From Oikopleura dioica (taxonomy: Eukaryota; Animalia; Chordata): DNA of 64,000 nt. Positions 14,301 to 25,123 of the stretch are shown here, piece after piece. The notes beneath the pieces are model-generated. The model saw only the letters and a list, made by a program, of their open reading frames with translations. It ran no database searches and had not been told where the DNA came from. Both the position numbers and the translations under genes were made by a program. Position 1 is the stretch's first letter, and each line of letters opens with the position of its first letter. Location of the stretch: positions 16,503,208 to 16,567,207 of the forward strand of contig OU015568.1 in the NCBI GenBank assembly GCA_907165135.1. Direction: 5' to 3'.

Positions 14301-17300
14301 ATTATTTCTACAACTTCCATTTCGATTAGTGAAGTTCACCATCCAGGCATCTGATTGGTGGACCAATTAATTTAAGAAATTTCATTGGTCGACTAATTTT
14401 TTCGGCTCACTCCGCTTTGTGTTGGTGCTAAAAACTCACAGTGGCCAGGTACGGGCAAGGTATCAAGCTGTGCAAATTGGATGCAAGGGGCTCACCGACA
14501 TGTGCTACCCACTGCGAAGTCCCGCAGAGACTTTTCCTAGCACCAACTCTGAGCAAGGCTCGGTGTGAGATGGATTGAGCCAATTTTTTCAAGAATTCTT
14601 ATTGGTCGACCAATCAAAAAGCCGAAAGATGGGTCAATAAGACTCTTCCTTACCTTGAAGCTTTTTTGTCCTTCTTCGATTCCTTATTATTTTTCCCGCC
14701 TTTGGAATTATCCGAATTTTCCTCAGAAAAATTGACGTCCTATTTTCTCGGGTTACACTATAATTTTCGCCCGATGCCATTTTTAGATAAGGAACACACC
14801 GTCGATGTAATACCCGTCAATTTTGACACAAGTTGAAATTTAAAATATTTCCAGCGACGAAAATTCGCTCGAAAGTGAAATTCTTCGTTTCGCGATGTTC
14901 TAACACCATCGTGATTGGTAGCTTTAGATTCGTGATAAGGGTTTCTACACGCTAATTAAGGATGCTGAGATGTTGCTCAAGAAGAGTGCTTAGGACGTTC
15001 AAGCGTTTAGATATTTCTCTCATAATGTCATTTAATGAGCTTGGCCCTCGAGATTTGCTTCTCCCCGCGTTCCGGCGAAACTAGAACTTTTAAATGGAAC
15101 TGCCCTGTCGGTGATCTGACACGTAGCAAAGAAGATATTATCGCAAGGGCGTAACCGTGTAAGTGAAAAGGAAACGGCGAAACGGATGGGATTGTCATCC
15201 CCTTGACATCGCTCTAAAAATATTGTTTTCATGAGAAAACTTCACGAAAATTTGCTTTCTCAGTTTTCTAAGTCAACATTTTAAGGGTGTCACATTCAAA
15301 TTGGATCGTTGGGTACACCCTTAATTAGTTGACTTTATTCTCTAACCCTAACCTTTATTTGACCAGTTTTTGGAGATGATTTAAGGGTGTAGGGGTCGAT
15401 TAAAAGGATAGAGAGCAAAAAAGGCCCATTTTGTTCTAAGGGGTTAATTTTTATTTTCGAAGGTATAATGAGAAGGGTTAGGGTTAATGGCAGGTAATCT
15501 TCAAAGAGGAAATTCTAGCGATAAAGACATTTTAAAATTAATTTTGCACTAAAAAGGCCTTTTGCTCTAACAGGTTAATTTTCGTATTTCCAAGATTTCG
15601 TGAATTTTTCTCGAAGAAAAACTTCTAAAACTCGAAAACTTCTGTTTCCAAAACATTCCCATCGGAAGAGCAAGGAAGAAGCTCGCTGGACTAATTAGTA
15701 TGGAATAGTTATAAATCCGATTGAGCGGGATTGGCGGCTGCGTGTAACCGTTGCCTGGTACGTCAGCATCAGCTTGTTCGGGCCCTTCATCAGTTGCTGT
15801 AGCTCGTTTTTCTTGCGATGGAGGATGGCAGCTGCGTGCAGGAAGAAGTAGATCACCAGGAAGCCGACGAGAGAGGTGAGCACCCACGAGCCTGAAAAGA
15901 GGAGGGATTGTTTGAAAAGCTGTGAGGGAGAGAAACGTAGATAAGAAGAGTTGTACCTTGGATTCCCCTCTCGTCGAGCATGCACATTAAGATGTCGCCA
16001 CTTGGACAGTTGTCGTCGGGCACCGGACAGCCCAGAGCGCCCCACTTTGCTTAGAGTCAAAAATGTGACACTTTCTAAATGCATCTGAGATTTCAATGAT
16101 CTTTCCATTTAATATCACCGAATATGTCGATTCGGCGCCATTTTGGGGGCAATTTCGTTCAAAAAATAAGTGTTCATGAAATATGCAAGCGATCCCCTTA
16201 TTTATCAATTTTGGAACCTAAATTAAGGGTAGCATCTCGAATCGGCGAAAAAGCGCAATGAATAATTGAATTTTTCAAAAAAATTTTCTGGAGCTTGATT
16301 GGCTAGCCGGCCAAATTGCGGTCTAAAAACGACCAAAATTTTGGTCAAACTCATCGCACTTTTTGTCAATTCGAGTCACTCCTAATTGGGGTCTCTAGCC
16401 CTAACCCTAGAGTTAACCCTACCCCTAACTAAAACTTAAAAAATAAGTTTCTAAGTTCAAATTTAGAATGAACTCTTCGGTTTCAAATGACAGAAAATGG
16501 GTCAATAAACTTAAATTTAAGACTCTTTCTTGAGCCCCTGATCGGTGATATTGTAGAGACTGTAGTGGCCAGTTTCTTCGCTAATCGTGTCATTTATCCG
16601 AAACGCGGCCTCGGAGCGGATAAAACGGCGGATCATCAAAAATATCGTGTCACGCCCTTACTCTAATTGAAACTCTTTTCAGAAACGTGTTCCACGTAAA
16701 ACAAGGCGCAGCGGTCAAGTTAATTCCAGAGTTCGGATCAGCGGCTAATAAGCCAAAATATCAAACCATGCAATACGAAAGATTACTGGGTCCAAAATCG
16801 CGGATCAGAAGAACACGCGTTAAATATCAACCTTTCCGGAGCGCTAGAATTGGGGCCCCGAAAATTAATAAGTATTTTCGACTCGAAAATCGGGCTTTTG
16901 AGTCGTAATTTAAAAATAAGCCGCACGCAGCTCCAAATTGCCTATTAAAAAATTGCCTATTAAATTTAACGATGAATCCGCATGGCGGCGCTTTTTGCTG
17001 AAAAGAAGTGATTTGATTGGTTCAAAGAGATAAGGCTTTATTTTTCCAATCGGTGAAGCCTCGGCTTCAAATCAACAAGAAATAAAAATAATTAAATAAA
17101 ATCCGCAAGATGGCGCTTTTTCTCAAGAAGGGTTTTGATTGGTTCAGAAATAAAGGACTGTATTTTTCCACAAAAACCGCACGCGGCTTTTTCTTGATAC
17201 AGTTGTCTTTATGAGTCGAAAACCAATTGACTCAAATAACGGATCATTTTTCGACTCAAAAATGACATTTTTTGTCATTCAAAATGGAAAAATGCCGTCT

Positions 17301-20300
17301 AATGATCAATTTATTTTCCGTTTTCGATGAAACGAGCTGGAGTTTCTAAGCGAGTTGAATATTAAAGCGGCTCATTATGTCGGAGAGCGAAAAGGGATGA
17401 TCTTGTTTGAAAGGTTCATCTAAAGTGAAATCATGTAAAACGCGAACGCGATTATGTTAAAAATTTTAAATGATCAATTTCCATTCGTTCCAGCTTATTC
17501 ACCAAACCAGCTCTTAATTACTTTTATCCGGGTTTTCCTTTGGGAAGCGGCCGATCATGTCGAACAATGTGTAGCTGACGGGGCGTTCGTAGACGCTGTC
17601 GTGCGTCAAGTTCCCCGTCCCGCCACAGATGCGAAGCCGCGGTTTTGTCCGGTAATCAGCGGCCGGCGCATCCTGTTGTCTGTCTTCAAAACAGGTTCAA
17701 ACCACGACAAGCCCAAGCGAGGTTTCAACGGCTTCTTAGAAAGAGCCTTTGGAAGAAACCAAGCTTGAAAATGAAATTTTAAAAAGCTGTGATTTTTCAT
17801 TATTTTTCTTCTTATTCAAAAAGAAGGAAACCTCCTTGAAAACCTGAGTCAGGGCTTAAAAGCTTGAATGAAAAGCCGCGTAGCGGCTTTTTCAAAATAA
17901 AGCCGCGCAGCGGCTTCGCCAAAATTACCATTTTGAAAGGGTTTACTTATTTTATATTTTGGCGAAGCCGCTGCGCGGCTTTATTTTGAAAAAGCCGCTA
18001 CGCGGCTTTTAATTCCAGCTCTTTCAAGCCCTGACTCAGGTTTTGAAAACAGGTTGCCTAGAAAAGGTGAGCGGGTCAGTCATATTTTGAACCTGTTTCC
18101 TAGAATACTTTTCGCCTCATAAAACGCGTTCTGCATTATCGCGTCTTCGATGTAAGCATGCATCGGTGAAATTCCAAACGGGAACTGGACACCTTTATCG
18201 TCATCAAAGCCAGCCTTCCGCCACGTTGATTCTTGTTGCTGACGTTCTTGATAAAAACGCGAATCGACAGATGGTCCTATCAGCAGCACATTCTCATACA
18301 CTTTCTTTCAAAGCGGTTTTTAAAATTATTAAAACAGAAAATTTTTCTCACGAAAATTTTTCTTAAGATAATCCAATCCAAATCGATATTTTTGTTTTTG
18401 GTCCAAAATTGTTAATTTTTTATCAAATTTTTTGTCCAAATTTGGGGATTTTTGGGTCAAAAGAGCATTTTTGTCAGGTTTTTGGCGAAAATTGGCCAAT
18501 CAGAGCTTAATATTTGCAATTTTTGTCCAAAATCAACAATTTTGGGCAAAAATTCTGATGTTTTTTAACAATCTTGGTCCAAAAATACAAAATTAAGAGT
18601 CAAGGCTATTTTTCTATTTTGTTTAAAACCGTTGTCGAGAGTTCCTTCCGAATCGTCATGTTGGTCGGCGGAAACATGGCTGCTTCTGTGTACTTCTCGT
18701 GGAAAGGGAGTCGGTGCTCAAGCTGGATGATCGCCACCGGATCCGGCAGGAAGTCGGTCACGTTCTTGACCGTGTACAAAATCTGCTCCGTAACGTTCGA
18801 GTCTTTTTATTTCGGGCTGAGCCGCTATTTCTTTCTTGAAGATTGCGAAAGTGCCTAATCCGCGAAAAAGGAGGAAAAATCTAATCAGCGAGTCGCTAAT
18901 AGAAATATTAGCGAACAAGGGCGTGAGCCCAAGCGGCGGGCAGCCCGAACCTGTGTACCAAGCAGGCGCGAGGAGCAAGATGCTCTGAACACAATCCAGT
19001 TAAAAAGTGACACAAGAAAACACGCGTCACGATCGAGGAAAGTTTCTTATTAGATTGGGTTCCGACAAGAAGGGCGCTTTAGAAAACAATTTTTAGGGAC
19101 AAAAGATAAAAAAAGTCGATCAAGAGAGAAATCTTAATTACAATAAAAAATTCAAATAAAAACCGATTTTTTCGTTAAAAAGCACGAAAAAGCGAAAAAT
19201 TGATCGAAATTTTTCGAAAGTTTTTCAAAAATTCTAAAAATTCGACCAATTTTTCGCTTCTTCGCGGGTTTTTGACAAAAAAATGCTTTTATATGAATTT
19301 TTATCGTAATTTAGCTTTCAGGAGTCACAAAAATGTGAAAAATTTACCACGTGATCACGTGAAAGCGAAAAACGATGATTAATTTAGAATAATTGAAATA
19401 AAAAACCAGATGGAGAAAAATAGGAAAATTTGTCAACTGCGGGAAAGCTAATTTCGCGAAAAAGCGCTGTCAGTGCGGTGATACGAATCTGGCTAATTGG
19501 TCACAATTTCAGCGCGCTGAGAATGCTTTCGAAACATCAGATGGCCATCTCGAACGCGGATTTACGAGAGTTTGAGTTCTATGAAAGTATTACGCGATTT
19601 TTCTAATTTGTGAAATCATGATTCATGAACTTGTTAATTGCTTGTAGGACAAAATTTTTTCTTATCGTTATGATAGATTCTTTATCTTGCAAAAAGACCT
19701 GTACAACCTGTGGCTCTTACCAAAGATTAATGACTAGATATCGAAAATTTAGCTCCAAGTTCTCAGATGAATTTTCAGGTTAGGATTAGGGTTGAAGTGG
19801 AACCCGCTAATTTAATGTCGATCCGTCTAGCAGACAATCTAAGAAAAAAGCGCATCTGCTTGTAATTTTTCCCAAGAGTCGCCATTTTTATGCGAACATA
19901 CCTTGACGACATGTTGAGGAAAAGAGCGCAACATTCGTGTGAACTCTTCTGGCACCGTCGCAGGATCGTGAATGTAATCGACATCGAATGCGTAGACCAA
20001 TTCCACGCTAGAAAAAACGACTTGGTAAGATTGTGGTCGGAAACGAGCGCCGATTTGCATAAGACACACTTTTACGGCTCATAACGTACCCCACCCCTAG
20101 CTCGCTCACATTTTGTGAACATTTTCCCCTTGCTCGCTTAGTTAAATTTTATCAAAGTCCCCTTGCTCGCTCTCATTCTTGTTTCAGCGCGCTCCATTAG
20201 TCGCCATCCTTCTTTTACCTCGCGCGCCCTTGTTCGCTCCTCCTCACCTATTTATCCCTTGTTCGCCGCGAGACCGCCAAAGCCTAGCTCGGCTTGGGTC

Positions 20301-23160
20301 GCTCTTATAGCTCTTACTGTACTTTCGACTCAAGCTTTTCAAAGGGAACTATATTTTTCATTTTCATGAATATTTTTAAACGCCGCGGAAATCTCCCCGA
20401 CTTATCTATTTTATTTCACTCTAGCGTTCTATGTACTGTGGATTGAGCGGGTAGTGTACCCCTGCAGTTTTCAAAAATTAGAGTAGATTTCTGGAATTTC
20501 TTTGAACAGTATTTGTCCCTTATACAAAATGACGACGTGAGAATTTCATTTCTTGTTTCAAAAACAAATAATCTCACCTGACTCGAAAGATATGAATTTT
20601 AACCTTACCCCGCCAGGGTACACCTCCTAAGACACAGAGGTCGAAAATGTAATAAATACATTTCTGTATCAATATGTGATTTTATGTCATATTTATATGA
20701 TATAAATTATATCAATTGATAACCCCTTTGAAGGGCCGATGCACCTCCTGAGGTGTTTTTGGCGGGTAAGGATAAAATGACGATTTGGCGGGGTAAGGTT
20801 AAAGGTGAAAAATAGGGATACACTAACCGCTCAATCCACTGAAACCTAGGCATGAGATTTTTAATAAAAACAGTCTCAAAGTTTCAATCCAAGTATTTCG
20901 AGTACTTATGTTTACTCGAAATGGAGTGTCCAAATTTTCTTCTTATGAAGAAGATATGAAAATTTGACAAAATGGACGTAAGAGAGCATAAAAAATAAAA
21001 GATAAGTTTGCTTGGAAAAAATCATGAAAATCAAAGTTAAAATGCCTTTTAAAAATGAAAACAAAAATGAGCTACGCGTTATAAAGCGTTCTCGCGGGGC
21101 TTCAAGAGCGAACAACGGATAAATGACGGAGAGAGGCGGGCGAGCAAAGGTGCGCCGTCGAAACCAAGGAGAGCGAACAAGGGGGCGTAGAATGCAAAAG
21201 AAGGAAAGCGACCAACGGTACATGGTAACAAAAAGCGAGCGACCAAGGGGGATCTTGTTGGAGTTTAACTTAGCGAGTAAGGGAAAAATGTTCACAAAAT
21301 GCGAGCGAGCTAGGGGTGGGGTACGTTATTTTGTAAGGTTATCGCAAAACTTTGAATTTTTCTTCGGTTTTTAGAGAGACTTTTGAAAAAGAAAGATGTG
21401 CCTTTTGAATAATCCGCTTTTTGGTCATAGAATCTTTTCAAAGCAAAAAATTTATAAGACTCCCTAAAGATAATGCCCGAAAATTGATCTTTTGGGCCCA
21501 AGATTGTCGGTAAAACTCCAGAAATTGCGCCCAAGATTGTCGATTTGACTTCAAAACCAGTTCCTCCGTATGGCTCATACAGTATGAGTCATATTTTATG
21601 AGGAATATCGACAATTTAGGGCGAAATCACGGGGTTTTACCGACAATTTTATACCACATTTTCGAAATTGTCTAGTAGACAGTCTCGGAGAAAATGCAGA
21701 AGGGGCATTTTTGTTGGTGTTATAAAATCATAACGCCAACAAACTCCGGTTGCCTCCTTAGTATCTCTATTTTTCGAACCGATAAAGAACTGATAAGCTA
21801 TCAGCTCGACCCGTCGAATTTAGACAACGCAGAAGCGAGGATAACACCCAAACATTGGTGAATTGACGAATTCAGCGGATGCCAAGATCGTCGCCAATGA
21901 ATTTACTCGGTCAGTTCATCGCGGTTACACCTGCGTAAACCGAAATGAACGGTCACAAGCAGCTCATTCTCTTCGCTTCAGCTCAAGCTAATTGCTAATC
22001 TGCTCTTTTGCGGGCTCTTTGATCCAGAGACATTATTTTCAAATGTCAGAAGCTTGTTTTTTTGGCTCGAAAGCCTGTGGAGAAAACCTGAGTCAGGATT
22101 TGAAAGGGCTTCAAAGAAAAGCCGCATAGCGGCTTCGGGAAAATCTGAGCTGTCTGAAAACCTGACTCAGTTTTTAGTACAGGTTTCCGAGCCCTGTAAC
22201 TCACCTTTTGTGCATCCTATTGAGTCGAAATTCCATCTCTTTCGCCAATTTCCACCACTGTGGTTCGTGGATCGTAACTTTTAGCGGATCTTAATTATGC
22301 GCTCTTATGCGCCAGGCAACGTACCTGGGAACTGACTGACTGATATCAAAAGTTAATTAAACCCGCTCCCTATCATAATCCTGTTCCAGTTGAAATGAGA
22401 TAAAACTGAGGAAGACAGAAGGGCTATTTTGTGATAGCTCGGCAAAATCCTAAAAAATATTAATAAAAAGTCGCGTGGTGGCGCTATTTCAAGCCTTCTG
22501 ATTGGCTGATAGATTTTATTTTTTCATGAATTTTCGCTAAGCGTTTCATACTCAAAAGCTGTAGATGCTAGGTTAGAGGCGTATATTATTAGAATTATGA
22601 TGATATGTTTACTCAAAAGACGCATCTAGAGTGGACCATGCGGTTCTTAAATCACTGCGTAGATGAAGAGTCTCGCGATTTTTTAGAACTTATCTTTTTA
22701 GAGACTCCGCTTTTTTGGAGATTCTGGATCAAAAATTGGATTGATGGTCCAAGATTGTCAATTTTACTTCAAAATTCGTGCCTAAGATAATTTCAAAATG
22801 AAATCATTTTAGGGCTGTATAAGCCAATCAAGGGCTATCTTAGGCCGAAAATTTGAATAAAATTGACAATCTTGGGCGGCCAAAATGCCCACAAAAACCT
22901 TGTTTCTTTGATAAGCAATAACTGTACCTGGAAACCCAAAAATTCGCCTCTTCGCCTAAATTATCAAAATCGTATCCACTGCATCCCCACAGCGTCGTGG
23001 TAATGTTATGCTCCACGCAGAATTTGATCAAGTATCTTTAAAGGATAATACTTTGTCATTTGAAAAACAAAATGACAAAGATATTGCCCCTTAGCTGCAC
23101 GATTCTTCGGGGAAGGTGCCGACCGCCGAGGTGAAATTCAACGCGTAGTAGTGTCGAACA
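2201..23160 (-). CDS. Receptor (single-pass membrane) guanylyl cyclase, sensory/retGC-like; multi-exon gene, 5' end not resolved (may extend to ~24000)
   Basis: Spliced exons give an extracellular domain ([28 protein letters not shown]), a TM helix followed by [13 protein letters not shown], a kinase-homology domain ([50 protein letters not shown]), a coiled-coil hinge and a cyclase domain ([45 protein letters not shown]). Confidence 0.93.
2616..2761 (-). CDS. Guanylyl cyclase catalytic exon
   Basis: [40 protein letters not shown]; tttcag acceptor and gtaagt donor. Confidence 0.95.
2815..2915. mobile_element. Family A MITE (short derivative)
   Basis: cggaaacctgtgttaaatcctgagtcaggg ... ggtttttacacgggtttttgagccc. 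Confidence 0.7.
3007..3223 (-). CDS. Guanylyl cyclase catalytic exon
   Basis: [41 protein letters not shown]; canonical splice sites in matching phase. Confidence 0.95.
3532..3591 (-). CDS. Guanylyl cyclase catalytic exon
   Basis: [19 protein letters not shown]; ttttag acceptor and gtaag donor. Confidence 0.93.
3633..3795. mobile_element. Family A MITE
   Basis: aacctgtgtaaaaaacctgagtcaggg ... cctgactcaggttttctacacaggtt, with internal aagccgc/gcggctt hairpins. Confidence 0.8.
3930..4206 (-). CDS. Guanylyl cyclase exon: end of kinase-homology domain plus signalling helix
   Basis: [16 protein letters not shown]...[44 protein letters not shown]. Confidence 0.93.
4305..4640. mobile_element. Family A MITE plus an adjacent truncated second copy
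   Basis: Four gccgc-NNN-gcggc hairpins and right end cctgactcagg...caggttgccga; a second partial copy at 4545-4640 is cut by the TTAA element at 4644. Confidence 0.75.
4644..5323. mobile_element. Non-autonomous TTAA-target DNA transposon (Kolobok-like GG...CC termini)
   Basis: TTAA at 4640-4643 and 5324-5327; perfect 16-bp TIR GGGTACGGGTGTCGGC. Confidence 0.8.
5994..6033 (-). CDS. Guanylyl cyclase kinase-homology micro-exon
   Basis: [14 protein letters not shown]; catttag acceptor in phase with the upstream exon. The donor is GA (5993) or GT (5987). Confidence 0.8.
6555..6665. repeat. Family B ~110-bp dispersed repeat with two CCAAT motifs (also ~9895-9990, 11795-11936 reversed, 30745-30850)
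   Basis: Shared core ccaataagattgctgtatttggcctaccggccaatca inside imperfect gaagtg...cacttcc inverted ends. Confidence 0.7.
7503..7630 (-). CDS. Guanylyl cyclase kinase-homology exon
   Basis: [42 protein letters not shown]; canonical sites. Confidence 0.9.
7823..7998. mobile_element. Family A MITE
   Basis: aaacctgtatagaaaacctgagtcagg ... cctgactcaggtttttacacaggtttccgagccc. Confidence 0.8.
8726..8776 (-). CDS. Guanylyl cyclase kinase-homology micro-exon
   Basis: [17 protein letters not shown]; gtaaag donor. Confidence 0.88.
9361..9496 (-). CDS. Guanylyl cyclase kinase-homology exon
   Basis: [25 protein letters not shown]...EDLLW; ttcag acceptor. Confidence 0.92.
10043..10155 (-). CDS. Guanylyl cyclase kinase-homology exon (5' boundary uncertain, apparent homopolymer frameshift)
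   Basis: [23 protein letters not shown]; the upstream EDMKIQE lies in another frame across two A-runs. Confidence 0.7.
10227..10959. mobile_element. Foldback-type TTAA-target element with ~278-bp arms (Kolobok-like termini)
   Basis: TTAA|GGGACCTTGGCGAGCTGGCTG... and ...CAGCCAGCTCGCCAAGGTCCC|TTAA; arms 10227-10504 and 10681-10959 are near-identical. Confidence 0.9.
10964..11790. mobile_element. TTAA-target element sharing its left TTAA with the preceding element
   Basis: TTAA|GGGTGTCAACAACGAT ... ATCGTTGTTCACACCC|TTAA (15/16 TIR match). Confidence 0.8.
12119..12211 (-). CDS. Guanylyl cyclase kinase-homology exon
   Basis: [30 protein letters not shown]; the acceptor phase fits the 13536 donor. 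Confidence 0.85.
13219..13522. mobile_element. Foldback element with ~100-bp arms containing a small nested TTAA-GGG...CCC-TTAA insert
   Basis: The arm ttaagaagatttggagtaagctaagaggagcaactttattttccggagatactcc recurs inverted at ~13415-13522; inner ttaagggcc...atacccttaa at ~13323-13406. Confidence 0.8.
13536..13607 (-). CDS. Guanylyl cyclase kinase-homology exon
   Basis: [24 protein letters not shown]; gtaggg donor. Confidence 0.8.
14654..14739 (-). CDS. Guanylyl cyclase juxtamembrane exon
   Basis: [28 protein letters not shown]; aatag acceptor and gtaagg donor. Confidence 0.75.
15285..15320. mobile_element. 36-bp minimal TTAA element
   Basis: TTAA|GGGTGT...GATCGTTGGGTACACCC|TTAA; the ends match the 10964-11790 element. 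Confidence 0.6.
15755..15891 (-). CDS. Guanylyl cyclase transmembrane exon
   Basis: [45 protein letters not shown]; the GPN-x-x-L motif resembles the juxtamembrane segment of sensory GCs. Confidence 0.85.
15957..16050 (-). CDS. Guanylyl cyclase extracellular juxtamembrane Cys exon
   Basis: [30 protein letters not shown]; gtacaa donor in phase with the TM exon. Confidence 0.7.
17520..18980 (-). CDS. Guanylyl cyclase extracellular-domain exons (approx. 17520-17690, 18100-18280, 18630-18810, 18860-18980)
   Basis: [23 protein letters not shown]; [18 protein letters not shown]; [24 protein letters not shown]. Boundaries are approximate. Confidence 0.6.
17839..18060. mobile_element. Family A MITE (complete four-hairpin form)
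   Basis: cctgagtcagg; hairpins with loops gta, gca, tgc, tac; cctgactcagg. Confidence 0.85.
20436..20841. mobile_element. Nested Tc1/mariner-like MITE
   Basis: c(t)gtggattgagcgggtagtgtacccct pairs with agggatacactaaccgctcaatccactg; related to the palindrome at 32787-32891. Confidence 0.65.
20603..20798. mobile_element. Innermost piggyBac-like MITE
   Basis: TTAA|CCTTACCCCGCCA ... TGGCGGGGTAAGG|TTAA; perfect 13-bp TIR with CC...GG termini. Confidence 0.7.
22065..22196. mobile_element. Family A MITE
   Basis: ggctcgaaagcctgtggagaaaacctgagtcagg ... cctgactcag...caggtttccgagccctg. Confidence 0.75.
22930..23160 (-). CDS. Guanylyl cyclase N-terminal extracellular exons
   Basis: [24 protein letters not shown] and [21 protein letters not shown] resemble the GP-x-x-x-x-C and W-x-C motifs of receptor GC ectodomains. 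Confidence 0.55.
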
Positions 23161-24131
23161 AAATCGCCAAATGCTGATTGAAAAGATGGAAAAACGAGCG
23201 AGAATTTTGCTTTCAAAGCAAGTTTTTTCGCGATTAATTTTGGGCTACGGAGGAAAAACGCGTGTATTGCATGATAACGAGCAGCTAGGACGGAATTGCA
23301 CGGAAAGACACTTTGAGTTCACTTTGTAGCGAAGTAAGAGGTACCTTTGAAGGGATTAATTTGTATTTCGTAAACAAGGGGTTGAAAACTCGAGTTTTTA
23401 CGAATTTTCGTTGCTGTTTTTCTCGGGAAAATGTCAAAAGAAAATGATGCTCGCTTGGTGGCGTTTTTCTTCAAAAATGGAGCTCTCTTATTGGCTCAAT
23501 AAGAAATTTTCTAATTTCTGTTTTTCGAGTCAAAAATTAAGCAAAATTAAAAGGCGCAGGTTTTTCTTGAGGTCTTTTGAGCCGAAAAAATTTTTTTACA
23601 AAAAAGTTATAAAATCATTTGTCAAAAAGAATCATTCTCGTAATTTGTTTTCCTTGTGAACCCATCTTCAAGCACTTGAGGCGAGAATTTTCGCGTTCTT
23701 CGTGGCCTCGTTAGTAACATTTTTCGCTGGGCGCCAAAAGACTTACTGTGCTTATAAATGTTAGTAATTAGGCTAGCGAGTTGAACATAACAAGTCTTGC
23801 TGGTATTTCTGAGCTTTCACCGTTTCTGGGGAGATTATGGAGAATCCCAAGAATCTTGGCTCTTATCTCTATGCGGCGACATGGAAAAAGATTTCCTTCT
23901 TGAATTTTTCGCGCAAAAACTGCTGAATTACGTTGTTGACCGAAATTTTAAGCGATATTTTGGGGAGTCTTTCGAATTGGCAAAAAAAGAAAGAAAAATC
24001 CATTTTTCGACAGTTATTTTTTCTGACATCTGATTGGCTTACCGTCCGAAGGCGGAAATCTGATTGGTCTAAAATTGAACCAAAATTTGGTTCGAAAGTT
24101 TCATAATTCGTTAGAGATTTTGGCTTCCTGT

Positions 24132-24212
24132 GTTCAGCAACCTGTGTTAAAACCTGAGTCAGGGTAATATTTGAAAAGACCCTGACTCAGGTTTTTACAC
24201 AGACTGCTGAAC
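24132..24212. mobile_element. Family A MITE (ends only)
   Basis: gttcagcaacctgtgttaaaacctgagtcaggg ... ccctgactcaggtttttacacagactgctgaac. Confidence 0.75.
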
Positions 24213-25123
24213 CCACCTTCTCTCAAAGAACTAGAACTTGAGAAAAATTTTCGGAACTTTGGACCACCAAACTCTCGAGCGCGTGCATTTGCGCTCGATT
24301 AGTGAGTTTATGAGCAATTTGGCGGTCTTTTAGAATCGCGGGCTGTGGCACACGTTGCCAGCTCCTCGTTCCGTGGTTTTCCGAACCGGCGAAAGAAAGC
24401 CGGATGACCTTACTCCAGAATGTGAAAGAACATGACACGCGGAAGCGAACTTCCCACAAGTTTGAAGTTACGCGGGGAATGCGCAATTTAGAGTTTTTGC
24501 GATAATGGGATGAGATTTTACACCTTTTCCTTGGAGAGGGTCGCAGGAAACTGTTCGCTCGTACCACCAATTTGATCTTTTTAGCGGTTTTCAAGAGTTT
24601 TTGAAACTTTTTCTGAAATCTTATTGGCCAAGCGGCCGAATGCTTTAATCTGATTGGTCTAAAATGGGGAGGCCTCACAAATGGGAAATTTTTAGCCGAT
24701 AATTTTGACCAAAATTTAAGGAAAATTTTTGACCAATCAGATAAATGTATTTGGCCGTTGGGCCAATCAGATTTCTGAAAAAAATGGCGAACAAATAATT
24801 TTTTTTTCAATTTTTTGTGAACTTGAAAAACCTTTGCCTTTCGAGTTTCTTCATATCCCGCTTGTCGAATCGTGGATCTTGTAAGCCCCTTGGGCATCTG
24901 CTGGACTGCAATTTTCCGGCAAGTTTTAACTTCACCGCCTATCGTGGTTAATTAGACTCCTAGTTGTCGCTTAGCATGTCCCACCAATGGATGGAACTGC
25001 CAAAAATTCAATCAAAAGATTTAAATTGCAATTATTACGGACGCCCTTTTAGCCCTAAATCTGAAGGCTTTTGCCGACCCGAAAATTTTGATTTAGGTTC
25101 CTCGCATTTTTAATTACCCTCTC

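Larger units (their letters stand above)
20084..21326. mobile_element. TA-flanked TIR element with long TIRs and two nested elements
   Basis: TA|ACGTACCCCACCCCTAGCTCGCTCACATTTTGTGAACATTTTCCC... pairs with ...GCGAGCGAGCTAGGGGTGGGGTACGT|TA; ccttg(t/c)tcgc subterminal repeats. Confidence 0.85.

Noticed and set aside
24223-24897. 224-aa minus-strand ORF as a gene
   Set aside because: It runs through AT-rich CCAAT-type repeat sequence, has biased K/F composition and no motif; part might overlap an unrecognised cyclase 5' exon.
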